64,000 bases of DNA, taken from assembly GCA_965204115.1 (NCBI GenBank), contig OZ241963.1:121475-185474 (forward strand). The letters are read 5' to 3'. The notes under the pieces are model-generated. The model had not been told where the DNA came from. It searched no databases and saw only the letters and a list, made by a program, of their open reading frames with translations. Below, piece after piece: positions 9,330 to 19,090 of the stretch (position 1 is its first letter; each line of letters starts with the position of its first letter). Source of the DNA: Minisyncoccota bacterium. GTDB lineage: Bacteria > Patescibacteriota > Minisyncoccia > Phycocordibacterales > JABAAK01. Position numbers and translations under genes: made by a program.

Positions 9330-9764
9330 ATGCAGCAAAGGAGACAGCGCACTGGTGCTACAACTTATGTGCCAAGGAAGAGTGATTATGTCCTGGAAAT
9401 TCGCAGATCGTCTGCCGGACTTGGGCTCTTTACTGAAAGCCCGATACCGCGGGAAAAATTTATTATTGAGTACTATGGTCCGATACTCACCCGTGAACAG
9501 GCAGATGAAAAAGGTGGCAAATATCTTTTTGAAATCAATAGCAGGAAAGTGATAGACGGCTCTCCCCGCTACAACACTGCCCGCTACCTTAACCATTCCT
9601 GCCGACCTAACTGTGAGACCGATGTCGTGAAAGGGAGGGTGTATATCTATGCTAAGCGCAATATTAAGCCTGGCGAAGAACTTACTTATGACTACGGAAA
9701 AGAGTATATTGATGACTTCATCAAGCCATACGGCTGTAAATGCCCAAAATGTCTTGCAGGTTAA
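9330..9764 (+). CDS. SET-domain protein (protein-lysine methyltransferase fold) with post-SET Cys cluster
   Basis: GLGLF...IIEYYG...YNTARYLNHSCRPNCE...ELTYDYG and a C-terminal CKCPKC. Start chosen at MQQRR, just after the smc stop. Confidence 0.7.
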   Translation: MQQRRQRTGATTYVPRKSDYVLEIRRSSAGLGLFTESPIPREKFIIEYYGPILTREQADEKGGKYLFEINSRKVIDGSPRYNTARYLNHSCRPNCETDVVKGRVYIYAKRNIKPGEELTYDYGKEYIDDFIKPYGCKCPKCLAG

Positions 9765-9855
9765 GGTGTTGATAGTAGGGTTATACACATTGTTCACAGG
9801 GTGTGCGTAATGGTTCAAAGACACGCGTTCGGTTGTGCGTGGTACCATACCAATA

Positions 9856-10407
9856 ATGCAGTATGATTTCAGTGCTTTTTCTGAAAGAGAGAAAGAAACA
9901 CTCGCGTGGTTGGGTGATGAATATGCGCAGATACAATCGGGGAGAGTTACCACTGCGCTGCTGGATCGAGTTGCCGTTGCTGCCTATGGCGCGAAGACCG
10001 CATTGAGTCATTGCGCTGCCATTGCGGCGGAGGATCCGAAGACGCTGACGGTAACACCTTACGATCCTACGCTGTTGCCTGAGATAGAAGCGGCACTTCG
10101 GGAGCAGGTGCCGTCTATGAGCGTCGCAGCCGGTGAGACAACAATACGGGTTATTTCTCCTGAGCTAACCGGTGAGAGGCGGGCGGCGTTGGAAAAGATG
10201 GCGCGGGAACGAGCAGAGGAGGCGAAACAATCCCTTCGCGGCGCTCGGGAAAAAGTGATGTCGGACATAAAGCAGCAGAAAGCAGATGGAACGCTTTCAG
10301 AAGATGAAGAGTTTGCCGTTAAAAAGGAATTGCAGGAAAAAATTGACGCGGCAAACAAGGCAATAGAAGAAATGTGTGAGAAAAAGGTGCAAGATACACA
10401 GCTATAG
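9856..10407 (+). CDS. frr: Ribosome recycling factor
   Basis: 184-aa protein with the RRF pattern (MQYDFS...YAQIQSGRVTTALLDRV.V..YG......A.I...D..TL.V.PYD...) and a Lys/Glu-rich C-terminal half. Confidence 0.85.
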   Translation: MQYDFSAFSEREKETLAWLGDEYAQIQSGRVTTALLDRVAVAAYGAKTALSHCAAIAAEDPKTLTVTPYDPTLLPEIEAALREQVPSMSVAAGETTIRVISPELTGERRAALEKMARERAEEAKQSLRGAREKVMSDIKQQKADGTLSEDEEFAVKKELQEKIDAANKAIEEMCEKKVQDTQL

Positions 10408-10410
10408 CGT

Positions 10411-11559
10411 ATGGCAGACAGCATGAATGAAAAAGGAAGAGGCATGCAGCATAGTCTCAATTTTTTGCGAAAGCATGATCTTTATCAGCAGCTTGTGTTG
10501 GGTAGAAGTCAGTCGAAGGCACCCAAGCCATCAAAGAAAACAAGGGATACTTTTTTAAGTTCACTCGGCAATCAGGTGGGCATTGACCTCGGCACCGCAA
10601 CAACAGTGGTGTATGTGAGCGGTAAGGGGGTAGTTATGCGGGAGCCGACCTTGGTCGCGGTGAATAAGCGAACAGACCAGGTTGTCGCCATCGGCAAACG
10701 AGCGCGACAAATGATCGGCAGGACGCCTGAGTATATTGAGGTGATACAGCCGGTACAATTGGGTGTTATCAATGACTATGAAATAACTGAGCAGCTGTTT
10801 GAGCATATCTTCAGAAAAGTGCAGGATGCACTGCCGAAAATTTTCAGCCCTTCAGTGATTATCGGCGTGCCCTGCCGTACTTCTCAGGCGGAAATAAACG
10901 CCGTGCGTGATGCGGTTGTTGACGCAGGTGCGCGGCGAGTGGGTATTGTGTATGAGCCATTTGCTGCTGCGGTAGGTATTGACCTGCCGCTGCTGAGCGA
11001 AACAGCAGTTATGGTTATTGATATCGGCGGCGGCACTAGCGACACGATGATTCTTGCCGGCGGAGAAATCGTCTCTTCAGATAGTATACGAGTTGCCGGT
11101 GATGCGTTTGACTCAGCGATTGTTGAAGGGCTCAAAGAGCGAAAGCATATTGTCATCGGTGAAAGAACCGCAGAGGATCTGAAAGTCGCGATGATGCAAT
11201 CGGCAAAAGAGCAGAAGGTGTTCGGCGTGCAGGGCAGAAGCAGCAGCACCGGATTGCCGCTGGAGATAGAGGTTTCATTTGAAGAAATTGTGCAGATACT
11301 TGAACCCTACCTGGAAAAAATCGCTGAATATATCGGCGCCTTTGTGGGGCAGTCATCCCCGGAGGTGCAGGCGGATTTGAAAAATAATAATATCTATTTT
11401 GTTGGCGGCGGACCGGCGGTACACGCTTTTCCGAAAAAAATCGAAGACATGCTTAACCTGCGCGTTATTGTCCCGGAAAATGCGACCGGACTTGTTGCGC
11501 GAGGCACGGCGGTGATTGCGCAAAATCCTGATAGATATGAAAAATATTTTCTCGCGTAA
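10411..11559 (+). CDS. mreB: Rod shape-determining protein MreB (actin-like ATPase) with a ~50-aa N-terminal extension
   Basis: GIDLGTATTVVYV, IGGGTSD and VGGGP actin-fold motifs. The annotated start may instead be the internal Met at 10444. Confidence 0.85.
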   Translation: MADSMNEKGRGMQHSLNFLRKHDLYQQLVLGRSQSKAPKPSKKTRDTFLSSLGNQVGIDLGTATTVVYVSGKGVVMREPTLVAVNKRTDQVVAIGKRARQMIGRTPEYIEVIQPVQLGVINDYEITEQLFEHIFRKVQDALPKIFSPSVIIGVPCRTSQAEINAVRDAVVDAGARRVGIVYEPFAAAVGIDLPLLSETAVMVIDIGGGTSDTMILAGGEIVSSDSIRVAGDAFDSAIVEGLKERKHIVIGERTAEDLKVAMMQSAKEQKVFGVQGRSSSTGLPLEIEVSFEEIVQILEPYLEKIAEYIGAFVGQSSPEVQADLKNNNIYFVGGGPAVHAFPKKIEDMLNLRVIVPENATGLVARGTAVIAQNPDRYEKYFLA

Positions 11560-11577
11560 ATTACAACAGCACGCACT

Positions 11578-12375
11578 ATGCAGAAACAAGAACAAACAGG
11601 AGGTAAAGCCGGTTATGTAGTGATGGCATTTCTCCTTATAACCTATATTTTTTTCCCGTCGTGGTATAGAACGATTTCACAGAAAATATTCGGTGTCGTG
11701 TATATGCGTTATGCGCAGTCGTTACAAGACGGCGATATTGATTTTAGGATGCCGTCGATATCGCAAGAGTCCGGGATGTTGCCGGTTTTTGTGATAGCGC
11801 GTCCTCCACAAACACCGTATGACTATGTTCTCACTACCGTGCCGGAACAGTTTCAGGAGGCAAATCAGCAAGAGGGCAGGTGGTATGTGTATGATGATGC
11901 CGGGCAGCCGGTCGGCTATGTGGAGCAATGGCATTCGTCACTCCTGGTGATACCGCTGTTCAGCGCGCCCGGGAGCGATGAATTGTTTTCGGTGGCAGGA
12001 TATGTTTCCCGGGGAATTGGCGACGGCGGGGGCAGTTTTTCATTGCAGGTCCCTATGGATATCGCCGTAACAACGGGCATGCCGATTGTTCATCAGGCGA
12101 CCGGAAAGATACTCAGTGCTGTTGTTGCTATTGAAAATATACCGGAGAAAAATGTGCAGAAAGTCGTCGGCGTCCTGCGAGAGAGCCCTTTGGAAATAGC
12201 AACGCTCTACATGCTGCGCGAACCCAACAATGCGGTACTGCCGGAAGTCGTTGAATCAGCGACTGACATGGTACGAATCCTTGCGGATACTGCGCGGAAA
12301 GAGCAGACAGAAGATCAGGAAACCACCCCTGAGCAGCAGCTGGAAGCGGCGATACCGGAAACATCATCAGAATAA
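11578..12375 (+). CDS. mreC: Rod shape-determining protein MreC
   Basis: N-terminal TM segment, then an MreC-like beta-rich domain. Position immediately after mreB. Confidence 0.65.
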   Translation: MQKQEQTGGKAGYVVMAFLLITYIFFPSWYRTISQKIFGVVYMRYAQSLQDGDIDFRMPSISQESGMLPVFVIARPPQTPYDYVLTTVPEQFQEANQQEGRWYVYDDAGQPVGYVEQWHSSLLVIPLFSAPGSDELFSVAGYVSRGIGDGGGSFSLQVPMDIAVTTGMPIVHQATGKILSAVVAIENIPEKNVQKVVGVLRESPLEIATLYMLREPNNAVLPEVVESATDMVRILADTARKEQTEDQETTPEQQLEAAIPETSSE

Positions 12376-12380
12376 TCACC

Positions 12381-12647
12381 ATGCAAAACATACGGAAAAA
12401 AATTATGGCTTGCGGCATAGTGATACTCGGCATTATTATGGCACCACTCTTCCCGTTTTGGGGATTGCTCCTGATGCCGATACTGCTCCTCCTGCTCGGT
12501 CAGCCGGTTGTCGCATTGTTGCTTGCCTTGCTTCTTGATTCGTTTTTGGCACCCGGCGGTGTTGCGCCGATATGGACATCTCTCACCTTCTATACGACAC
12601 TCTGCATACTGTTTTACGCCTATCTGCGCTATACTACCACCGTATGA
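12381..12647 (+). CDS. mreD: Small polytopic membrane protein, probable MreD-like
   Basis: 88 aa, almost entirely hydrophobic. Placed between mreC and PBP2 in the canonical mreBCD-mrdA order. Confidence 0.45.
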   Translation: MQNIRKKIMACGIVILGIIMAPLFPFWGLLLMPILLLLLGQPVVALLLALLLDSFLAPGGVAPIWTSLTFYTTLCILFYAYLRYTTTV

Positions 12648-14350
12648 ATATACCAGCGCGCCTTGCCGGAGGGATACGCCGACTCTTCAGGAAAAGGCGG
12701 CGAATTCAACCCGTTCATCTGCATAAAACTTATATTGACAAGACAATATCCGGCGAGGAATTTTCTGTTCAGGATGGGGAAGGGCACCTGCACCGCTCAA
12801 TTGCCCTGCATCAACTCTACTGGATTGGTGCGGTTTTTGCGCTGTTTGTCCTGGTGATGTTGGGTAAGACCGGCTATCTCCAAATCGTGGTCAGCGAGCA
12901 GTATACCCAGATTAGTGAAAATAACTCATTTGATCGTGTTGCCGTGCTGCCGGTTCGGGGCACTATTTATGACCGCAACGGCACACCGATCGCGTGGAAT
13001 GCAGGCGAGAGCGGCGACCCTATGCCGGAGCGGCGATACTTCGGGGAAGGATTCAGCTCATTGCTCGGCTTTATGCGCTACCCCAAGCAGGATGCGATGG
13101 GCACTTATTATCGCCAGGAGACAGAAGGGAGCGGCGGATTGGAGCAAAAATATAATTTTCTGCTCGCCGGTGGCAGCGGTTCAATTGTGCTGGAGAAAGG
13201 TGCGACCGGCGAGGTTATCTCAGAACTTTACATAGAACACCCGACGGACGGTGAGGATGTGGTTATATCTCTTGACGCTGCTGTGCAGGATATCCTGTAT
13301 ACCACCATCAAAGAGGTTGCTGAAGAGCGGGAGTTTCAAAGCGGCTCTGCCGCTATTTTGGATGTGCAGACCGGGGAAATTATTGCGCTGGTGTCATACC
13401 CGGATTTTGATAACAACGCGCTGGTGAGCAAGACAGAAAAAATACCGACTGACTATGTGCAGCAGCAGGATGAAGGGGTGTTTGTACACCGAGCGATCTC
13501 GGGGCTGTATAGCCCGGGTTCAACGGTTAAACCGTTTTTTGCCGCTGCTGCGCTTGAAGAAGAGGTTATTAGGCCGACTGACATTATTACCAGTAACGGA
13601 TTTATCACTCTGCAAAATCCTTACGACCCCGACATTGTCTATACCTACAAAGATTGGAAAGTGCATGGTGACCTGGATGTCTATGGCGCAATTGCGCAGT
13701 CGTCTAATGTGTATTTCTATTATGTCGGTGGCGGGTACGGTCACATAGACGAAGGGCTTGGTATTGACCGTCTGAACTTTTATGCTGAAATGTTTGGCTT
13801 TGGGCGACCGACGACTATCGGCGTATTTCATGAACCGGAAGGATTGTTGCCAAATCCGAAATGGAAAAAGAATCGTTACGGTGAAGATTGGACTATCGGT
13901 GATACCTATAATACCGTCATCGGACAGTATGCTTTTCAGGTGACCCCACTGCAGCTCGCTCGAGCGACTGCGGCGATTGCGAATGGCGGCATTTTGCTTG
14001 AACCTCACCTACAAAAAGAAGAGCGATCAAAAAAAATTCGCTTAGCGATATCACCGGAAAGCTTGGCTATGGTGCGCGCCGGTATGCGAAAAACAGTGTT
14101 GGAGGGGACGGCAAAAATACTGCGTACTGATACGCACACGCTTGCGGCGAAAACCGGCACTGCGCAGGTCGGCACGGCCGGACTCCTTAATTCGCTGCTT
14201 ATTGGCTTTTTCCCCTATGAAAGGCCGAAATACGCCTTTGCTATCGTTATGGAGCGCAGTGAGCAGGAAGGGGGTGCTTTGAGCGCTGCACGGGCATTTT
14301 TTGACGCTATGAGGGTACAGCATCCTCACTATTTACAAGTTACAAGGTAA
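12644..14350 (+). CDS. mrdA: Penicillin-binding protein 2 (elongasome transpeptidase)
   Basis: N-terminal TM anchor, then a transpeptidase domain with the active-site STVKP and KTGTAQV motifs. Start at MNIPARL overlaps the mreD stop (ATGA). Confidence 0.85.
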   Translation: MNIPARLAGGIRRLFRKRRRIQPVHLHKTYIDKTISGEEFSVQDGEGHLHRSIALHQLYWIGAVFALFVLVMLGKTGYLQIVVSEQYTQISENNSFDRVAVLPVRGTIYDRNGTPIAWNAGESGDPMPERRYFGEGFSSLLGFMRYPKQDAMGTYYRQETEGSGGLEQKYNFLLAGGSGSIVLEKGATGEVISELYIEHPTDGEDVVISLDAAVQDILYTTIKEVAEEREFQSGSAAILDVQTGEIIALVSYPDFDNNALVSKTEKIPTDYVQQQDEGVFVHRAISGLYSPGSTVKPFFAAAALEEEVIRPTDIITSNGFITLQNPYDPDIVYTYKDWKVHGDLDVYGAIAQSSNVYFYYVGGGYGHIDEGLGIDRLNFYAEMFGFGRPTTIGVFHEPEGLLPNPKWKKNRYGEDWTIGDTYNTVIGQYAFQVTPLQLARATAAIANGGILLEPHLQKEERSKKIRLAISPESLAMVRAGMRKTVLEGTAKILRTDTHTLAAKTGTAQVGTAGLLNSLLIGFFPYERPKYAFAIVMERSEQEGGALSAARAFFDAMRVQHPHYLQVTR

Positions 14351-14628
14351 GTTGTCAAGCAGGGGAACATCTTTTTGGAGGAAACTAAAATGACAAGAAT
14401 GACTTACTCTATGAAGCACCTTGGGTGGTCGTAGCAAAACCACATAAGGTGCTTGAAGGACTTCATCACTGCCCTGCGGGGTGAGGGGGCGAGCCCTCCT
14501 CGGTAATATTTGAAGTCGGCCAAAAGGGCTTAGTCCAGCCCATGCTCTCGGGTTTTAAGAAGTGATCCGAGGAGGGTGGGACCTCCGAAACAACTTCTAA
14601 TCTGTTCTTTTACAATAGGTGGGAACAC
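14351..14628 (+). ncRNA. Candidate structured non-coding RNA (family unidentified), ending at an intrinsic terminator
   Basis: ~280 nt with no ORF and several strong stem-loops: aagcacctt...aaggtgctt, cctcctcgg...ccgaggagg, gggcttagtccagccc. Directly followed by the terminator at 14629-14659. Confidence 0.4.
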
Positions 14629-14659
14629 GGGAGACCGAAAGGTCTCCCGTTTTTCTTTT
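14629..14659 (+). terminator. Intrinsic terminator GGGAGACC-gaaa-GGTCTCCC + GTTTTTCTTTTT (member of a repeated element; see 44574)
   Basis: Perfect 8-bp GC stem, GNRA-like loop, U-run. Confidence 0.8.
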
Positions 14660-14699
14660 TATACAAAAAAACTTATTAGGTGTGGCATACTATGGGAGT

Positions 14700-16982
14700 A
14701 TGGCGATACTCGATGTGTTACTCGGCTCTGAGTCAGAGCGATATGTAAAAGGGTCCAAAGGTGTGGTGCGGAAAATACAGGAGCATAAAGAAGCGTTTTC
14801 AGCGTTGTCTGATAGCGATTTGCAGGAGAAGACGAACACTTTTAAAAAACAATTACAGGATGGGGCAGTATTAGATGCTGTACTGCCGGAGGCATTTGCG
14901 GTGGCTTGTGAGGCGGTGCGGCGGACGACCGGGATGGATCCGTTTGCGGTGCAGATCATTGGTGGCAAGGCGATTCACGAGGGGTCTATTGCCGAGATGC
15001 GTACCGGTGAGGGAAAAACGCTTGTGGCAGTGCTGCCGGCGTACTTGAACGCGCTGAGCGGTAAGTCGGTACATATTGTGACCGTGAACGACTACCTGGC
15101 ACGGCGAGATGCGGTGTGGATGGGGCAGGCGTTCGCGTTTTTGGGTTTGACGATAGGGGTGATTAACGGACAGGACGGATCGTATATCTATGATGCGGAG
15201 CATCAGGAGCAAGACCGGGAGCGGGATGATGAGGGATCGTATAAGGTGGTGCACGAATTTTTACGCGAGGTGAAGCGTGAGGAGGTATATCAGTGTGATA
15301 TTGTCTATGGAACGAATAATGAATTTGTGTTTGACTACCTGCGGGATAACATCGCGTATGATCCGGAGGAGGTTCGGCACCGAGGATTTCACTTTGCTAT
15401 TATAGACGAGGTGGATTCTATTCTCATCGATGAGGCGCGTAGTCCGCTGATCATTTCCGCGCCATCAAACATTCCTGCATCGCACTATATTCAGTTCACC
15501 AGATTTGCTGATTCGCTGAAAGAGGAGGAGGATTACACCATTGACGAGAAAAAACGGGCAGTTGCGTTGACCGCAAGCGGTATTGAGAAGTTTGAACGCT
15601 CGTTGAAAGTGGAGAATGTGTATGTTGAGGGTGCGCAGCGAACACTACACTATCTGCATAATGCGCTGAAGGCGAAGTCGCTGTTTAAGCGGGATAAGCA
15701 GTATGTGGTACGGGATGATCAGGTAATTATTGTTGATGAATTCACCGGACGACTGCAGCCCGGGCGACAGTGGAGTGACGGCATCCATCAGGCAGTTGAG
15801 GCAAAAGAAGGGGTAACCGTGAAGCAGGAAACGCGCACCTATGCATCTATCACTTTTCAAAATTATTTTCGGATGTACGAGAAACTCGCTGGCATGACCG
15901 GAACGGCAAAATCCTCTGAGGAGGAATTTTATAAGGTGTACAAAATGCCGGTAATGAGTGTGCCGACGAACAAGCCGATACAGCGTGTTGACCATCAGGA
16001 TGCTATTTATCAAACCCATCATGCGAAACTCCGTGCCGTTGTTGCAAAGGTGAAAGATCTGCACGAAAAAGGGCAGCCGGTACTGGTTGGTACTGCGTCC
16101 ATAGATCACAACGAAGCCCTTTCCAAGCGGCTGAAGAAGGCGAAGGTCCCGCACGAAGTACTCAACGCGAAGAACCATGAGCGGGAAGGTGAAATTATCG
16201 CGCAGGCAGGGAAACGAGGCGCAGTGACGATCGCGACTAACCTTGCCGGGCGAGGGGTTGATATCAAGCTTGGCGGTGCGACGGCAGAAGAGTCGAAGCA
16301 GCATGCAGATGCGATTAAGGAGCTCGGTGGACTGTTTGTGCTGGGAACCGAACGGCATGAGTCGCGACGGATTGATGATCAGTTGCGAGGGCGGTGCGGT
16401 CGACAGGGCGACCGGGGTGAGACGCAGTTCTACCTATCGCTGGAGGACGATCTGACACGCGTGTTCGGATCAGATCAGGTAAAGCAGGTCGCGGAGCGGC
16501 TCGGCTTGCCGGAAGATCAAGGGATACAGAATAAAATTATATCAAGGTCAATAGAAAGTGCACAAAAGCGGGTGGAGGGGCATCATTTTGATGCGCGACG
16601 GTTCAGCTTAGAGTACGACACTATCTTAGACACCCATCGCGGGGAGGTGTACACGCGGCGACGAGAGATATTGCTGGCAACAACCCTTGATCCACTGCAG
16701 GAATTTCTAGATAAAAAAACTATTGAGGTGATGGAGGAGCAACACGGCGAAACTGCTGTTACCGAACTACGAAGGTTGGTATTGCGCAGCATTGATATGG
16801 CGTGGATGGAGCACCTTGAACTGATGGATTATGCACGGAGCAGTGCGGGACTGCGATCATACGGACAGCGGGAGCCGCTGATGGAATACAGAAAGGAGGG
16901 CAATCAGTTATTCAGTGGTTTTTGGGGATATGTGCGGGAACTTGCTACAAAGCCGACAGAAAGCGCTGCAAAAGGTGAGTAG
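14700..16982 (+). CDS. secA: Preprotein translocase ATPase SecA (short form, no C-terminal zinc-finger tail)
   Basis: Start at [11 protein letters not shown]. Motifs MRTGEGKT (Walker A), [39 protein letters not shown]. Confidence 0.9.
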   Translation: [760 protein letters not shown]

Positions 16983-16997
16983 GTGTATTTTTCAAAC

Positions 16998-17636
16998 TTA
17001 TTTTTTCTTGACCGACAATTTTTTATGCGCCGCTTTGTCAATCTTCGGCATTGCTATGGTAAGTACACCGTCTTTTACCTCTGCTTTTGCGTCTTCAACC
17101 TCCACCTCCGCAGGTAGGAGGATGGAGCGGGAAAAGGAGCCGAATGAGATCTCTTCATAGAGATAGTCACCGGTTTTTTCAACGCAGTGTTCGTTTGATC
17201 CGACGGTAATAGTCAACATTTCGCGGTTTAGGTCTATTTCAATCTTGTCCTCTGCAACACCCGGAACCAAGGCCTGCGCGACGAATGCGTCTCCGGTGTC
17301 CACGAGATTGATTTGTAAATCTTCAGCCCCGGACATACGAGTAGGTGCTTTTTCTTCCTTTTCATCCTCAAGAGCAAACTCGCTGTCATCTTCAAAGGGG
17401 CTATTGTCTTCTTCCATAGTGTCAAGCGCCTCATCAAGATCCATTTCTTCAAATTCGTCGTAGAGGGTATCGTCAGTACTGCGCCCCAACATACGACCAA
17501 TCCATGATGTTTTTCCTTTTTCGACGGGAGCCATACTATTGTATTGTAGCATTGTTTCGCCGCACAGTGAGTGCCGCAACAATGTCATTAGTATACCAAG
17601 CATACCACCGGCGTATGGTGCGTCAGTGGAAAACAT
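16998..17636 (-). CDS. Hsp20/alpha-crystallin family small heat-shock protein with an acidic N-terminal region
   Basis: C-terminal alpha-crystallin-like domain (...DKIEIDL..EMLTI..........YLYEEISFGSFSRSILLP..V..E.AKAEVKDGVLTIAMPK). Start set at the Met following the tsaD stop. Confidence 0.65.
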   Translation of the reverse strand: MFSTDAPYAGGMLGILMTLLRHSLCGETMLQYNSMAPVEKGKTSWIGRMLGRSTDDTLYDEFEEMDLDEALDTMEEDNSPFEDDSEFALEDEKEEKAPTRMSGAEDLQINLVDTGDAFVAQALVPGVAEDKIEIDLNREMLTITVGSNEHCVEKTGDYLYEEISFGSFSRSILLPAEVEVEDAKAEVKDGVLTIAMPKIDKAAHKKLSVKKK

Positions 17637-17640
17637 CTGT

Positions 17641-18801
17641 CTATACCGTAAGGGCAGGAAACGAGAGATTTGCATCGGCGCTGAGGGTTTCTGCTGCCGT
17701 GGTGACACGATTTGCATAGGCAGCCAGCGCGATCATCACTGCATTATCAGTTGCGTAGGAGCGATTGGTACAGTAGAGTGCGACTTGTGGGTGTTGTTCG
17801 GAGAGTCGTCGGAATTGTTCTCGAAGCTGTTTATTTGCTGAAACCCCGCCACTGACGATGATACTTTTCGGGCTGTGGTGTTCTAGTGCGCGCTGTGTTT
17901 TTACCAATAGCGTTTCAACGACTGCATCTTCAAATTCCATCGCTAAGGCCGCCCTCTCATCTTCTGAAAGGTTTGGGTGTTTTTCACAGAAGACCCGAAC
18001 CGCTGTTTTTAAACCGGCATAGGAAAAGTTGAGGGTGTTGTCCTGCAGCATTGGGCGAGGAAGCATGGTCGGCGGTGTGGTGCCGGCGGCACGAGCGGTC
18101 TCGGCGAGATCTGCCAGTGCGGGGCCGCCCGGGTAGGGTAGTCCGAGTAATCGCGCCACCTTGTCAAATGCCTCGCCTGCGGCGTCGTCGAGTGTTTGTC
18201 CTATTTTTTGATAGGCGCCGAGGTGTGGTGAGAGCACCAGCTCGGTGTGGCCGCCGGATACCAAGAGAGCGAGGATCGGGTACTGCGGCGTGATGAGCTC
18301 GACATCGGTAATGAGCGCGGAGACAATATGCCCCTCCATATGGTTGACCGGGATAATGGGTATATCCCACAAGAGCGCGAGCGCCCGGGTGAAATTGACC
18401 CCGACCCAAAGTGCCGGTGCGAGCCCCGGTCCGCGGGTGACTGCTAATGCGTCTATAGTGGTCGGGCGGGTATGGGCAAAGTGCTGTTCAATCGCTTTCA
18501 ACATATCCGGTTCGCGTGCGCAAATTTGTCGTATTGCGTCAGATATCTGAGCAGACGGCTCTTTCTGCAGAAGTGACTCATCTTCAAGCAGTGCGTGCGT
18601 CAGGATAGGGAGTATTTTTTGATGTTCCCGTTTTGCCAGAGATGGGTAAACACCACCGTATGAGTTGTGCATGTCGGACTGTGAGTGTAATTTTTCAACA
18701 AGTATTTGATAGTGTGTTTTGCTGCCCGTATCGGTGAACGAAAGAAGGGCAACCGCCGTTTCATCGCAGCTTGTCTCAATAGAGAGAATACGCATAGACA
18801 C
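17641..18801 (-). CDS. tsaD: tRNA N6-threonylcarbamoyladenosine synthase TsaD (Kae1/YgjD family)
   Basis: ILSIETSCDETAVAL, HMEGH metal-binding motif, LLVSGGHTEL, SGGVSAN. Confidence 0.9.
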   Translation of the reverse strand: MSMRILSIETSCDETAVALLSFTDTGSKTHYQILVEKLHSQSDMHNSYGGVYPSLAKREHQKILPILTHALLEDESLLQKEPSAQISDAIRQICAREPDMLKAIEQHFAHTRPTTIDALAVTRGPGLAPALWVGVNFTRALALLWDIPIIPVNHMEGHIVSALITDVELITPQYPILALLVSGGHTELVLSPHLGAYQKIGQTLDDAAGEAFDKVARLLGLPYPGGPALADLAETARAAGTTPPTMLPRPMLQDNTLNFSYAGLKTAVRVFCEKHPNLSEDERAALAMEFEDAVVETLLVKTQRALEHHSPKSIIVSGGVSANKQLREQFRRLSEQHPQVALYCTNRSYATDNAVMIALAAYANRVTTAAETLSADANLSFPALTV

Positions 18802-18809
18802 AGTATATG

Positions 18810-19090
18810 TTATTTAGGAGCAACGCAACACGGATGTTGCGTTGCGAGTAGGCGCAAATTGAATTTTGCGCTGCAAGACAGGTGCGACTGCCAAGTCGCA
18901 CAGTGAAATGACACGGATGTTGCGTTGCGAGTAAGATGCGACTGCCAAGTCGCACAATAATGGATATGAAAAAACCCCCATGCGGTGAGAGTTTGGCAAG
19001 GTTATGATGGTGAGATTATGAAACCTGCCAATTACTCTCGGTGCATAGGGGGCGAGGCATTATTTTTTTGTAAGTAAGGAGGCATGCCTC
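18810..19090. repeat. Cluster of tandem hairpin repeats plus a ~90-nt long hairpin with bidirectional U-runs (REP-like / terminator region)
   Basis: Unit acacggatgttgcgttgcgagta...gtgcgactgccaagtcgcac is repeated at 18829 and 18909. Hairpins gcaacgcaaca-cgga-tgttgcgttgc and gtgcgact-gcca-agtcgcac. Long stem ccccatgcggtgagag...ctctcggtgcataggggg. Palindrome gaggcatgcctc flanked by T- and A-runs. Confidence 0.6.

Noticed and set aside
14440-14460. GGGTGGT in the secA-upstream RNA resembling the T-box antiterminator motif
   Set aside because: It is only a partial match (the ACCGCG half is missing). The downstream gene is secA, not an aminoacyl-tRNA synthetase or amino-acid gene. No specifier-loop context is present.
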